From an uncultured virus (IMG/VR IMGVR_UViG_3300035190_000668) (Duplodnaviria > Heunggongvirae > Uroviricota > Caudoviricetes), in the IMG/VR virus record IMGVR_UViG_3300035190_000668: DNA of 64,000 bases. The stretch is one strand, 5' to 3'. The stretch's first letter is position 1. Every line of letters starts with the position of its first letter. Made by a program: the position numbers and the translations under genes. The notes beneath the pieces are model-generated. The model searched no databases, was not told where the DNA came from, and was given only the letters and a program-made list of their open reading frames with translations. Of this stretch, positions 1 to 8,154 are shown piece after piece.

Positions 1-1100
1 CGTGCTGCTTCTTGTTGAGCTGCCAGTAATGCTGCTGCTTCTGCTTCAAGTCTAGCGACTTCTGCTAGTCTAGCAACCTCTGCAAGTCTTGCTATTTCAG
101 CCAGCCTAGCAACTTCTTCTAATCGTGCAATCTCTGCTAGTCTTGCTTCTTCTGCAGCGATGGCTGCTAATCTTGCATTCTCTGCATCAATAGCAGCCTG
201 TGCTGCTGCCTGTTCTGCTGCAATTTCCTCTGCAGTTTTTCCAATTTTAAGTGTAACAACATTTGAATTTTCAGAGTAAACTCCTAACGTGTCATTGTCT
301 GATCTAATATGAAATGACCATACAGTTCCGCTTGGCATTAGGCTTTCAAGTAAAGAATGATTAATTGTTATTGTTGTGTTTAATGCGTTAGCATCTCCAA
401 CATTTCCAGTTGCAATACCCCAACCATTTTGCCCTTCAGTGTTAAGACCTATTGCATATCTTTCTGGTTGAGTATTACCAGTATTAGGGGCTTCCCAAAT
501 TAATAATGTTGAAGTTTCCCCATCTGTTACTGTAAGATTTCTTGGAGCACCTATTGTTCTTACTACTGGGGCTGCTTGTGAAGTAAAGGCTGATGCTGGG
601 ACAATTCCCATAGATCCAGATTGATCCCAATATAGGAATACATTTGCTCCCCCACCATTTTCATAGTACATTAATTCTATGGTTTTTGGAACTCCTGCTG
701 TAAAAGATACTGGAGCAGAGGTTGATCCTCCACCACCCTTGTCAACCCAATCATCTGTTATTAATGCTCCATCAATGTAGAGCCTGGTACCGTCATCTCC
801 TGTAGCCATAAAGGATATATTTTGAGTAGAGTCACTTCTGATTGAGCCCGTAAAACGTACAATAACGTCCTCTGCTGGGCCACCTAAGACGCTACCAGAA
901 CCCCATTGGTGGTCAATGTTGGGTACGTTTGTAGTTAGTACTGGAGAGGAACCCTGTGGGATATATGGGGAAGCATTTTGACCCTGCACATTATAGACTT
1001 GAGCAGTCAAACCTTCTGCTGCATGAGCTTTATCTGTGGATAAAAATAGTGGTACTAAAATTAAAGATAGAACAATACCTGTTCTTATTAATTTCTTAAT
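1..1100 (-). CDS. Secreted PA14 + FN3 domain protein with Ala/Glu/Arg coiled-coil repeats (3' end runs off the window; probable ATT start; absent from ORF track)
   Basis: Translated by hand: IKKLIRTGIVLSLILVPLFLSTDKAHA|AEG signal peptide; PA14 motifs NIDHQWGSG, GDDGTRLYIDG..ITDDW, YYENGGGA; FN3-like GAPRNLTV..WEAP; then E(I/V)ARLAE repeats. SD AAGGAG upstream. Confidence 0.8.
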   Translation of the reverse strand, partial: MKKLIRTGIVLSLILVPLFLSTDKAHAAEGLTAQVYNVQGQNASPYIPQGSSPVLTTNVPNIDHQWGSGSVLGGPAEDVIVRFTGSIRSDSTQNISFMATGDDGTRLYIDGALITDDWVDKGGGGSTSAPVSFTAGVPKTIELMYYENGGGANVFLYWDQSGSMGIVPASAFTSQAAPVVRTIGAPRNLTVTDGETSTLLIWEAPNTGNTQPERYAIGLNTEGQNGWGIATGNVGDANALNTTITINHSLLESLMPSGTVWSFHIRSDNDTLGVYSENSNVVTLKIGKTAEEIAAEQAAAQAAIDAENARLAAIAAEEARLAEIARLEEVARLAEIARLAEVARLAEVARLEAEAAALLAAQQEAA

Positions 1101-1144
1101 AATTCTCTCCTTATAGTCGTAGTGGTGATATGACTAATAAGGCT

Positions 1145-1153
1145 ATTATATCA
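1145..1153 (-). promoter_or_regulatory. Extended -10 promoter TGATATAAT
   Basis: Intergenic TGnTATAAT just downstream of a terminator and upstream of the PA14 gene. Confidence 0.65.
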
Positions 1154-1162
1154 TTTTATTGC

Positions 1163-1198
1163 AAAAGAAAGAGGGGCTAGCACTTGGCTAACCCCTCT
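1163..1198 (-). terminator. Intrinsic terminator
   Basis: Minus strand AGAGGGGTTAGC-CAAGT-GCTAGCCCCTCT followed by TTCTTTT, immediately after the stop of 1213..2739. Confidence 0.8.
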
Positions 1199-1212
1199 AA
1201 CTTAATTAAGTT

Positions 1213-2739
1213 TTACTTAACCAAAGGAATCTGCAATGACTTAGGAAGCTTCTTGTTTGCTGCCTTAATCTTTGCATTTAGTGCTGCCTTTGCTCTAGCA
1301 TCTGCTGCAGCCTTAGCTGCTGCATCTGACTGTGCCTTAGCAAGTGCTGCCTTTGTTACTGCATGTGCAGTAACCTCATCAGCAATAGCCTTTGCATGTG
1401 ATGCCTGAGCATCAGCAAGAGCCTTATCTGAAGATGTCTTCAAATCAGCAAGTGCTTTATCTGAAGAAGCCTTTAGGTCAGCAAGCAACTTTTCTGAAGA
1501 AGCCTTAGCATCAGCAATAGCCTTTGAATGGGCTGAGTTTGCATCTGCAAGTGCTTTATCTGAAGAAGCCTTTAGGTCATCAAGAGCCTTCTTAGCTGAT
1601 GCAAGATCTGCATTTGACTTATCAAGAAGCAACTTTAGATCTGCAATAATCTTATCTGTAGATGTCTTAGCATCCGCAATAGCCTTATCCGCATCTGCCT
1701 TAGCCTTCTTAGCATCTGACAAGTCTGCAAGTGCTGTTGCAATCTCTGCATTTGCCTTGGAAAGTGCTACTGCAAGCTCTGACTTAGCTTTTGACTCTGC
1801 TGTTAGTGCTGCCTTTGTAGCATCATGTGTAGCCTTTTCTGTTGCCAAAAGATCTGCTGCAGCCTTTGCTGCTGCTGTTGAAGCAGCCTTAGTTGCATCA
1901 TGGGCAGACTTTTCTGAAGCAAGATCAGACTTTAGTGCTGTAATAATACCAGCAAGATCAGATACTGTGAACTTAGCAATTACAGACTTTGTTGGAGTAG
2001 CAAGACCAGTTACTGGTGTTACTGCTGCAAGACCTGTTGCAACTACTGTAATATCTCCAGCAACTGCTGTTGCAAGTGCTGCTGTTACTGTTCCAAGAAC
2101 TGCACCTGTTGAAGCATTTGTTGCTGCAGCAGTTGTCAATATTGTTGAAACTGATCCATTAGCAAAAGTTGAACCAATCAAGGTTACTGTTGCTGTATCT
2201 GATACTGCGTTACCAAATACATCTGTTGTTGTAAGAGCAATTGTTGGAACTGTTCCTACTGCTGTTGCAGATGGAACTGAAAGTCCTAGATTATATGCAG
2301 ATCCTGGAGTACCTGCAATGTAAACAATTGTTGAATATGATCCGTTTGTTACGGTTACTGATCCAACTGCTGTTGTTGTTGTGTATGCATAAACAGTGAT
2401 TGCTGCTCCTGCAGATGTAAGTGATAGAGATGAAACTCCTGATGCAACTGTCTTTGGTGCATCTACTGTGTGCAGTGCTGTTACCAACTTAACTGTTGAT
2501 GAAGCAGCAAAAGAAACACTTGTTCCTGTATCTGCTGTTGCTGCAATTGCAACTGATGTACCAGCCAAAATTTGATTATTTGATGGTACTGCAACGGTTG
2601 CTGGAAGTGCTGCTGTTGTAGCGTTAGTTACTGATGCAACTGAAACGGTCAGCGGTGCTGCCGAAGAAGGTGCTACAGAAAGACCAACGATTGCTAAAGC
2701 TGCAGCAGTAGCAATTGAGATTTTCTTGAATGAATTCAT
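1213..2739 (-). CDS. Secreted/surface protein: signal peptide, Thr/Ala/Val-rich beta (Ig-like) region, Ala/Lys/Asp coiled-coil C-terminus
   Basis: MNSFKKISIATAAALAIVGLSVAPSSA|A signal peptide; LKxSSDKALAD repeats; SD AAGGAG. Confidence 0.75.
   Translation of the reverse strand: MNSFKKISIATAAALAIVGLSVAPSSAAPLTVSVASVTNATTAALPATVAVPSNNQILAGTSVAIAATADTGTSVSFAASSTVKLVTALHTVDAPKTVASGVSSLSLTSAGAAITVYAYTTTTAVGSVTVTNGSYSTIVYIAGTPGSAYNLGLSVPSATAVGTVPTIALTTTDVFGNAVSDTATVTLIGSTFANGSVSTILTTAAATNASTGAVLGTVTAALATAVAGDITVVATGLAAVTPVTGLATPTKSVIAKFTVSDLAGIITALKSDLASEKSAHDATKAASTAAAKAAADLLATEKATHDATKAALTAESKAKSELAVALSKANAEIATALADLSDAKKAKADADKAIADAKTSTDKIIADLKLLLDKSNADLASAKKALDDLKASSDKALADANSAHSKAIADAKASSEKLLADLKASSDKALADLKTSSDKALADAQASHAKAIADEVTAHAVTKAALAKAQSDAAAKAAADARAKAALNAKIKAANKKLPKSLQIPLVK
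1448..1579. repeat. 33-bp exact direct repeat (1448-1480 and 1547-1579) inside the coiled-coil region
   Basis: gcaagtgctttatctgaagaagcctttaggtca occurs twice. Confidence 0.85.
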
Positions 2740-2756
2740 ACTTGTATTTCTCCTTG

Positions 2757-4538
2757 TTATATTAGTTTTAAATTGTCAAGAAAGCTCTTGACATCATTAG
2801 GCATTTGCCTGTCTTCCAATTCTACCATAGCCCTCTGCTGTCTTGCAACTTTATCAGCAGATCCCCAGGTATGAATATCTATTTCAATATTCATTTCCTT
2901 TGGGGTATGAGATATGGCACCAAATACTGCCCCACAAACAGCATCTGCTAAGTCCTTAGACTTCTTTCTAGGGTGATCTACACGATTACCCTTCATGATC
3001 TTGAGCTCTGACATTTCCTCCAGAAGCAAGGGAATCATGGGCATAGCAATACGCTCTTCATAGACCATCATTGCTAAATCTTCGTAGTGTTTTTTTGCAA
3101 CAGAAACAGTGTCAGTTCTTATTCCTACCTGCTTAAGCTCTTGCTGAATATCATATGACTGCCAACGGTCAAATGAAACAATTCCAATATTAAAACCTTG
3201 TCTTCTTAGATTAATAATCCATTGCTTTACCTCAGATAGGTTGACTGGTCCTTCTGCTTTTGGTTCCCACCAAGCTACAGCATCTACTATTACGATAGGT
3301 GCTACTTGTTCATAATCTTTAATTACCTGGATATTTACCCACTTATCCACATGTGCAATAGCAACAGCACACTTATCGTGCTTTTGTGCAAGGTCAGCAT
3401 GGACATAATATTGCTTGTCTGGGTCTGGCTTAAAGTTTTCTGCAAACCTTCTAAAACTATCAACAGGGTTTGTAAGTGTCATACAGTTAACAAGCTTTTC
3501 TTTTTGCTTAAAGAAAGCATCTGATGAGTATGTTGGTGTGCAAAGAAAACGCATCATTGCATCTCCTAAATCTGTTAGGAATGCAATCTTAAAGTCATCA
3601 ATCTTACGAGTTGGATTAACCTCCCATGTTGGCCTTTTAAGTGCAAATATCTTTGGAATCTTATACGAAAGAATATGGTCTTCTTCCCAAGCTATCTCAA
3701 AACTATTTTCTGGGCTGTCCTCTGGCAAATCTTCATTAATAATGAACCTGTGTGATCTATCTATTATTTCTTTCTCAGCAATTACTGAATCATACCGTTG
3801 AGAAATAAAGTCACCCTGATATCGTGGGAATGAAAGTAGAACTACCTTACCAAGATCAGGAAAGCGAGAATCTACGGTACCACGAAAAGCTTTATAGATA
3901 TTGTCAGCAGTCTTGCCTTGCTCATTTCCAGTTGCAACCTCAGATGCAAATCCAGAAATTTCATCAAGTACAGCCATAAACAAGTTCAAACCCTCATGGG
4001 ACTCTCGTTCTGAGTGACCAGAATAAACTGTAATTGATTTATCAAACTCAATAGAGTCAGCCTTTGGGTTGTACTTGCCAGCAAACCATGGTGATCTCTC
4101 AATCTTAGATTTAAAACCTTTAAAGAAAACATTCTTAGCCTGTTGAGCGTTAACAGCAACGTTAATAATATCAATAGCATCTCCAGCAGGCTTTCCATAA
4201 TAAATAGCAGGGTCTTTAAGACAAAGCATTTTATATACTACATATGCACAGGCCACTGTTGATACAAAGTCTTTTCCAGATCCCTTGCCAAGTTGCAGGA
4301 TTAGCTCATTCTTTGTATATTTTTTATAGTATTCTTCACCTTTGTCGCCAAGCATGTCAACAACATCTTCTTTACGATAAATTTGGCTCATTGCCTCTAC
4401 AATGGTGTATTGAATTTCAGATAGTGGTGGTTGACCAAGATAGTCTGGAGACTCAACAAAAGTCTTTGCGTCAACTGGAGTCTCAACAAAATGGTTTTCT
4501 TTTAGTACCTCAAAAAAATCATTGAACGTCGTGGACAA
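2757..4538 (-). CDS. terL: Terminase large subunit
   Basis: Walker A-like LGKGSGKD, Walker B AVLDE, LLSFPR coupling motif, RNase H-like nuclease residues HADLA, FDRWQS, DHP..SKDLADA. Confidence 0.9.
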   Translation of the reverse strand: MSTTFNDFFEVLKENHFVETPVDAKTFVESPDYLGQPPLSEIQYTIVEAMSQIYRKEDVVDMLGDKGEEYYKKYTKNELILQLGKGSGKDFVSTVACAYVVYKMLCLKDPAIYYGKPAGDAIDIINVAVNAQQAKNVFFKGFKSKIERSPWFAGKYNPKADSIEFDKSITVYSGHSERESHEGLNLFMAVLDEISGFASEVATGNEQGKTADNIYKAFRGTVDSRFPDLGKVVLLSFPRYQGDFISQRYDSVIAEKEIIDRSHRFIINEDLPEDSPENSFEIAWEEDHILSYKIPKIFALKRPTWEVNPTRKIDDFKIAFLTDLGDAMMRFLCTPTYSSDAFFKQKEKLVNCMTLTNPVDSFRRFAENFKPDPDKQYYVHADLAQKHDKCAVAIAHVDKWVNIQVIKDYEQVAPIVIVDAVAWWEPKAEGPVNLSEVKQWIINLRRQGFNIGIVSFDRWQSYDIQQELKQVGIRTDTVSVAKKHYEDLAMMVYEERIAMPMIPLLLEEMSELKIMKGNRVDHPRKKSKDLADAVCGAVFGAISHTPKEMNIEIDIHTWGSADKVARQQRAMVELEDRQMPNDVKSFLDNLKLI

Positions 4539-5055
4539 CAGTAATCACTTCTCCCTCTTTTGCAATAACAGAAAGTCTTTGCATAATAATGTCTCTAACC
4601 TCTGGGTGAGATGATGCTATGTCTCTAAGAATACCAACTAAAATTTCTTGACGACGCTCAATCTCAACCATCTCTTCTGCAAGTTCTTTATTTTCAAGAA
4701 GTCCAGCTTTTTGCAACATGTCAATTCTCTTAGACTCAATATCCATCACAAGCTTAATAGCAGCAGTCTTTGCACTAAGATTATTAGTCATAGAGGCTTC
4801 ATCAATTACTTCATAAGACTTAAGTATAAGCTTGCTATAGTGTGCATCAGCTCCAGCAAGTGCATCTTTTGCACGAGCACGGATTGCTGTATTATTGGAA
4901 GTCTTTTCTTTCCATTCATCAATGTATGCCACTACACGAGTGCGTGGAATAGCTAATTCTTTTGAAATAGTGGTTGGATCGCTGCCTTTTAGATATTCAC
5001 TAACAACATCGTTCATTACGTCAAGATGCTTTATTAGTTCTTCTTCAGTTGACAT
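4519..5055 (-). CDS. Probable terminase small subunit (N-terminal HTH, helical)
   Basis: HTH-like PTTISKELAIPRTRVVAYI; helical body; overlaps the terL start. Confidence 0.55.
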   Translation of the reverse strand: MSTEEELIKHLDVMNDVVSEYLKGSDPTTISKELAIPRTRVVAYIDEWKEKTSNNTAIRARAKDALAGADAHYSKLILKSYEVIDEASMTNNLSAKTAAIKLVMDIESKRIDMLQKAGLLENKELAEEMVEIERRQEILVGILRDIASSHPEVRDIIMQRLSVIAKEGEVITVVHDVQ

Positions 5056-5287
5056 ACTTGCCCTCTAGTCTATTAATTTCATCTTTAATGTAGAATATTG
5101 CCTTTTCAAGATCTTGAATAGTTTTAGACTCATCTTTAAGCCCTGCTCTCCAAAGATACTTAAATGCATTACCTATATTAAAATTACGGTGACGTGTAAT
5201 TTGAATACACTCTACTCCTGATGGGTCAGAGACATAGTGTGATGGGTGATTAACTTGGTCAACCGTGATTTTTATATTATCACTCAT
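5045..5287 (-). CDS. DUF3310-family protein (T7 gp1.7-like nucleotide kinase family)
   Basis: DQVNHPSHY..GVECI..FNIGNAFKYLWRAG.K..DLEKA..Y signature; start moved to ATG 5287. Confidence 0.8.
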   Translation of the reverse strand: MSDNIKITVDQVNHPSHYVSDPSGVECIQITRHRNFNIGNAFKYLWRAGLKDESKTIQDLEKAIFYIKDEINRLEGKYVN

Positions 5288-5405
5288 CTTCTTCGTCTTC
5301 CCAATCAAAAGCCTCTGGCATGCCCTTTAAAGCTGTTAGGACATAGGTAATACCAACAGCACCTGCAACACCAACTGCAATTATAACTTTTTGTAATTTA
5401 TTCAT
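5280..5405 (-). CDS. Small single-TM membrane protein, 41 aa (not in ORF track)
   Basis: MNKLQKVIIAVGVAGAVGITYVLTALKGMPEAFDWEDEEDE; overlaps both neighbours and fills the gap exactly. Confidence 0.7.
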   Translation of the reverse strand: MNKLQKVIIAVGVAGAVGITYVLTALKGMPEAFDWEDEEDE

Positions 5406-5560
5406 CTTCTACTCTTTCTTAGTCCAAATTTAGCAAGATAAACGTAGATAGTCTCTACGCTTGCACCACATTCTTTTGCAATTTCTTCTGGAGACTTCTT
5501 GTCAATAAGAAATCTTTTCTTTAACCATACTTCTGATGTATATAGTTTACCAGGCATCAT
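5402..5560 (-). CDS. Small HTH DNA-binding protein, 52 aa (not in ORF track)
   Basis: MMPGKLYTSEVWLKKRFLIDKKSPEEIAKECGASVETIYVYLAKFGLRKSRR; ATGA overlaps at both ends. Confidence 0.8.
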   Translation of the reverse strand: MMPGKLYTSEVWLKKRFLIDKKSPEEIAKECGASVETIYVYLAKFGLRKSRR

Positions 5561-5748
5561 GCATCCTTGTCAACTTTGATAACTGGCTCTAACCTATCCC
5601 AGTACCCCTTTGGACTACCCTGATAAATTTGCCCCGTCTCACGGTCCATTAATAACCACTTGGTTGGAGAAAGGGTTCTGACAGTCAGTATAACATCAGC
5701 ATCTTCTTCCTTAAACACCCTGGCTTCTCTTTCAGTCATTATTGCCAA
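5557..5748 (-). CDS. Hypothetical protein
   Basis: Tightly packed minus-strand ORF within the operon. Confidence 0.6.
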   Translation of the reverse strand: MAIMTEREARVFKEEDADVILTVRTLSPTKWLLMDRETGQIYQGSPKGYWDRLEPVIKVDKDA

Positions 5749-6328
5749 CCGCCTTATCCCAGTTCTTTAATGCCCAATGACCAATTCCACACGCATCTGC
5801 TACGTCATTATCTGTTATCGTTCTACCATAATTAATATTAATAAACTTTATAGTTCTTTCTTTTCTTAAATTTCTTTCATATGTTTTATACCAAGAAACA
5901 GACTTACCTGGATTCTGAGATCTAATAAATAACTGCTCATCCTTTGAAATCTTTTTATTGCCAATAAAATTTTGCCAAGTTATTGGTGACACTCTTCCAA
6001 TTCTTGTAGTTCCTGATTGTCCAGCTGATCCTAAGATAGCTCCCTGAACTAGTGCTAAATCTGCAGCAGTCTTTGGGCTATTCATAAAAACAGTATGCTC
6101 AATTACTATCGCCTCAAAACCACCATAGATATCTAGGAAAGCTTTTACCTTTTTACCAGCATCCATAACCTTTTCATAGGTATTCTTGCCTTCAAAATTA
6201 ATCTTTCCAACACTAATAAGATCTTTTGTAAAGGTATCAAAAATAGCAAAAGCAAGACTATTAGTGCTAGCATCAATAGCACATATCCTTTTAGGAGTTA
6301 TCTCTGCACCCCACTTAGTCTTGCTCAT
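5732..6328 (-). CDS. RuvC-like Holliday junction resolvase
   Basis: ICAIDASTNSLAF, IVIEH, LALVQG, WQ..IGN..ISK, DNDVADACGIG match the RuvC catalytic pattern. Confidence 0.8.
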   Translation of the reverse strand: MSKTKWGAEITPKRICAIDASTNSLAFAIFDTFTKDLISVGKINFEGKNTYEKVMDAGKKVKAFLDIYGGFEAIVIEHTVFMNSPKTAADLALVQGAILGSAGQSGTTRIGRVSPITWQNFIGNKKISKDEQLFIRSQNPGKSVSWYKTYERNLRKERTIKFININYGRTITDNDVADACGIGHWALKNWDKAVGNND

Positions 6329-6605
6329 ATTCAATAAAACCTTTCAGTTCTTTAATCATTTTCTGAACAGCTTTTTCACTAACGTTACAGTTTGCACAAA
6401 AACCAGAGTCGTTGTAGATAGAAAGAGAAGTACCGCATCCACCCAAACACCTGCGATCCTTCCCCTTCCTCTTTTGTCTACGAGTTACCTGATATCTTTC
6501 TTTAATCTTATCCTTTGTAGCAAGGTCTCTACATTCAAGGCTGCAGTATATTTGATAACTGACCTTTGGTTGAAACCTATTATCACATCTGCTACAAAGT
6601 TTCAC
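6315..6605 (-). CDS. Zinc-finger protein
   Basis: CSRC..YCSLEC and CLGGC..FCANC cysteine clusters. Confidence 0.7.
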   Translation of the reverse strand: MKLCSRCDNRFQPKVSYQIYCSLECRDLATKDKIKERYQVTRRQKRKGKDRRCLGGCGTSLSIYNDSGFCANCNVSEKAVQKMIKELKGFIEYEQD

Positions 6606-7377
6606 TCAATTCCTCCAGAGAGGCTATTTTAACTACGCCTGCTCCTGCTTCATCACATGTTTTTTTAATTGGACAGTTCTTGCAAACCTTTGAGTTTGAT
6701 CTATAGTTCTTGGTTGGAAGCTCTTTGACTTCCCAAGACTTACGAACAACTCTCATCCATTCAAAAGCTTCATCAATCCATTTACGGTAATGATCATTTA
6801 CCTCTACTGGGATTACAAGAAGTTCATGGTTATTCTTATTCTCATAAATAAGAACTCCCTTTGCCTTCTTAAGAATCTTCATATAGATAAGTATCTGCAC
6901 AACGTGACCCATTTTAGGCTTACCTGTACGCTTACGGTATTCAAAGACTTCGTTGTTGGTTGTCTTTACTTCAACAACTACCTCTTCACCCTTCCAATTA
7001 ATAAAGTTATCTACATAACCAAAAATTGGAGGATCGTCATTGAAAATCTTAAACTCTGAATCAATTGAAATACCAGAGTTCTTAAACGCTGTCTCAATTC
7101 TTCCATGAGCAAGAGTTCCATTAGTCATATTTGCTACTGCATATGGGTCAGAGTTATCCTCAAATACCGCACCCTCAAATGCAAGGTACCAATATCTAGG
7201 ACATTCTCCATGGCCATAGGCAATAGTAGATGGACCAAAAGTTTTCTTCTGTGTATGCTTAGGCTCACGCCCAACAAGATATCCAGCCTCAATAGCTTTT
7301 ACAAGCTCCTGTGCGTCAATCTGTGCTGGTGTCTCAACCTCTTTAATCATTATTTGCTTTAGTAAATTCTTTGTCAT
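6592..7377 (-). CDS. Cas4/AddB-like PD-(D/E)XK exonuclease with Fe-S cysteines
   Basis: CPRYW, GT.AH, GYVD, EVKT, Q..IY, CKNCPIKKTC; start moved to ATG 7377 (SD AAAGGA). Confidence 0.85.
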   Translation of the reverse strand: MTKNLLKQIMIKEVETPAQIDAQELVKAIEAGYLVGREPKHTQKKTFGPSTIAYGHGECPRYWYLAFEGAVFEDNSDPYAVANMTNGTLAHGRIETAFKNSGISIDSEFKIFNDDPPIFGYVDNFINWKGEEVVVEVKTTNNEVFEYRKRTGKPKMGHVVQILIYMKILKKAKGVLIYENKNNHELLVIPVEVNDHYRKWIDEAFEWMRVVRKSWEVKELPTKNYRSNSKVCKNCPIKKTCDEAGAGVVKIASLEELSETL

Positions 7378-7397
7378 TATATTCCTTTGTTTATATA

Positions 7398-7406
7398 AGT
7401 ATACCA
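7398..7406 (-). promoter_or_regulatory. Extended -10 promoter TGGTATACT
   Basis: Intergenic, upstream of the Cas4-like gene. Confidence 0.6.
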
Positions 7407-7408
7407 GG

Positions 7409-7711
7409 TTAGCGCATAATATATTTGAGTGCTGATACCAAGTTGTTGATTGATTCTGCTGCTGTATAGTAAATATTCTTCTTTGCCCTGTCATTTTTGT
7501 CAACATTAGCCATCCAGGTAGCCTTAAAAGCCATCTTTGCTGCTATTGCCTGTAGCCTTACGATCTCTACAGTTGCTACATTTAGTGGAATATCTGGCTT
7601 AATGATGACCTTAGCAATAAATGTAAGAGCTTGAGTAAGCTCCTCATCCTGCATATAATCAGCTATTTCAGATAGCCCGTTTACCATTTCTATTGTTGTT
7701 TGTTCACTCAT
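7409..7711 (-). CDS. Hypothetical helical protein
   Basis: SD GGAG; packed in the operon. Confidence 0.7.
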   Translation of the reverse strand: MSEQTTIEMVNGLSEIADYMQDEELTQALTFIAKVIIKPDIPLNVATVEIVRLQAIAAKMAFKATWMANVDKNDRAKKNIYYTAAESINNLVSALKYIMR

Positions 7712-7994
7712 TTTCTTCTCCTATTATTTGTTCTATTAGTTCAAACTCTGTTATCATTAATCTTATTTTTGAGTTACCTTCGCCAAGTACAACGAGTATG
7801 GCTGGATCATTTCCATTTCTTATTGCATCAGTAACAGCCTTAGCCCACACATCTTTGTTTAGGGTAAAAGACTTAGAGCACTCTTTGAAGTCAACAGTAA
7901 AATTTTTCCAAGTAGCATCACCCTTATGGGTGTTACGACCTGAGTTCTTGTGCTGCTTAGCACCAATCCTTTTACTTTCCGCTCTTTCGCTCAA
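7704..7994 (-). CDS. Small PD-(D/E)XK nuclease (Hjc-like resolvase)
   Basis: E..(NSG)..KGD..VDFKE pattern. Confidence 0.6.
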   Translation of the reverse strand: MSERAESKRIGAKQHKNSGRNTHKGDATWKNFTVDFKECSKSFTLNKDVWAKAVTDAIRNGNDPAILVVLGEGNSKIRLMITEFELIEQIIGEENE

Positions 7995-8154
7995 AGTCTT
8001 TCCTTGTCATAATAATAGCTACTCTTGACAGATGCTTGTTAGTGCACATCCATGTCAAGTCTGCACTGTCTTTCCATAATCTTATAGACGTAACTTCTTC
8101 TCCACATGTTTTGCATGGAAACTTTCCTGAAAATATTGTAAATTTTTCAGACAT
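7972..8154 (-). CDS. Small zinc-ribbon protein
   Basis: CKTC ... C..KH. Confidence 0.6.
   Translation of the reverse strand: MSEKFTIFSGKFPCKTCGEEVTSIRLWKDSADLTWMCTNKHLSRVAIIMTRKDFERKSGK

Noticed and set aside
5544..5552. TGGTAAACT (and TGCTAAAAT at 16793-16801) as promoters
   Set aside because: Both lie within the first codons of CDSs and can be explained by coding sequence alone.
6592..7377. Cas4-like gene as part of a CRISPR-Cas system
   Set aside because: No cas1/cas2 or array in the window; solo Cas4-like exonucleases are common in phage recombination modules.
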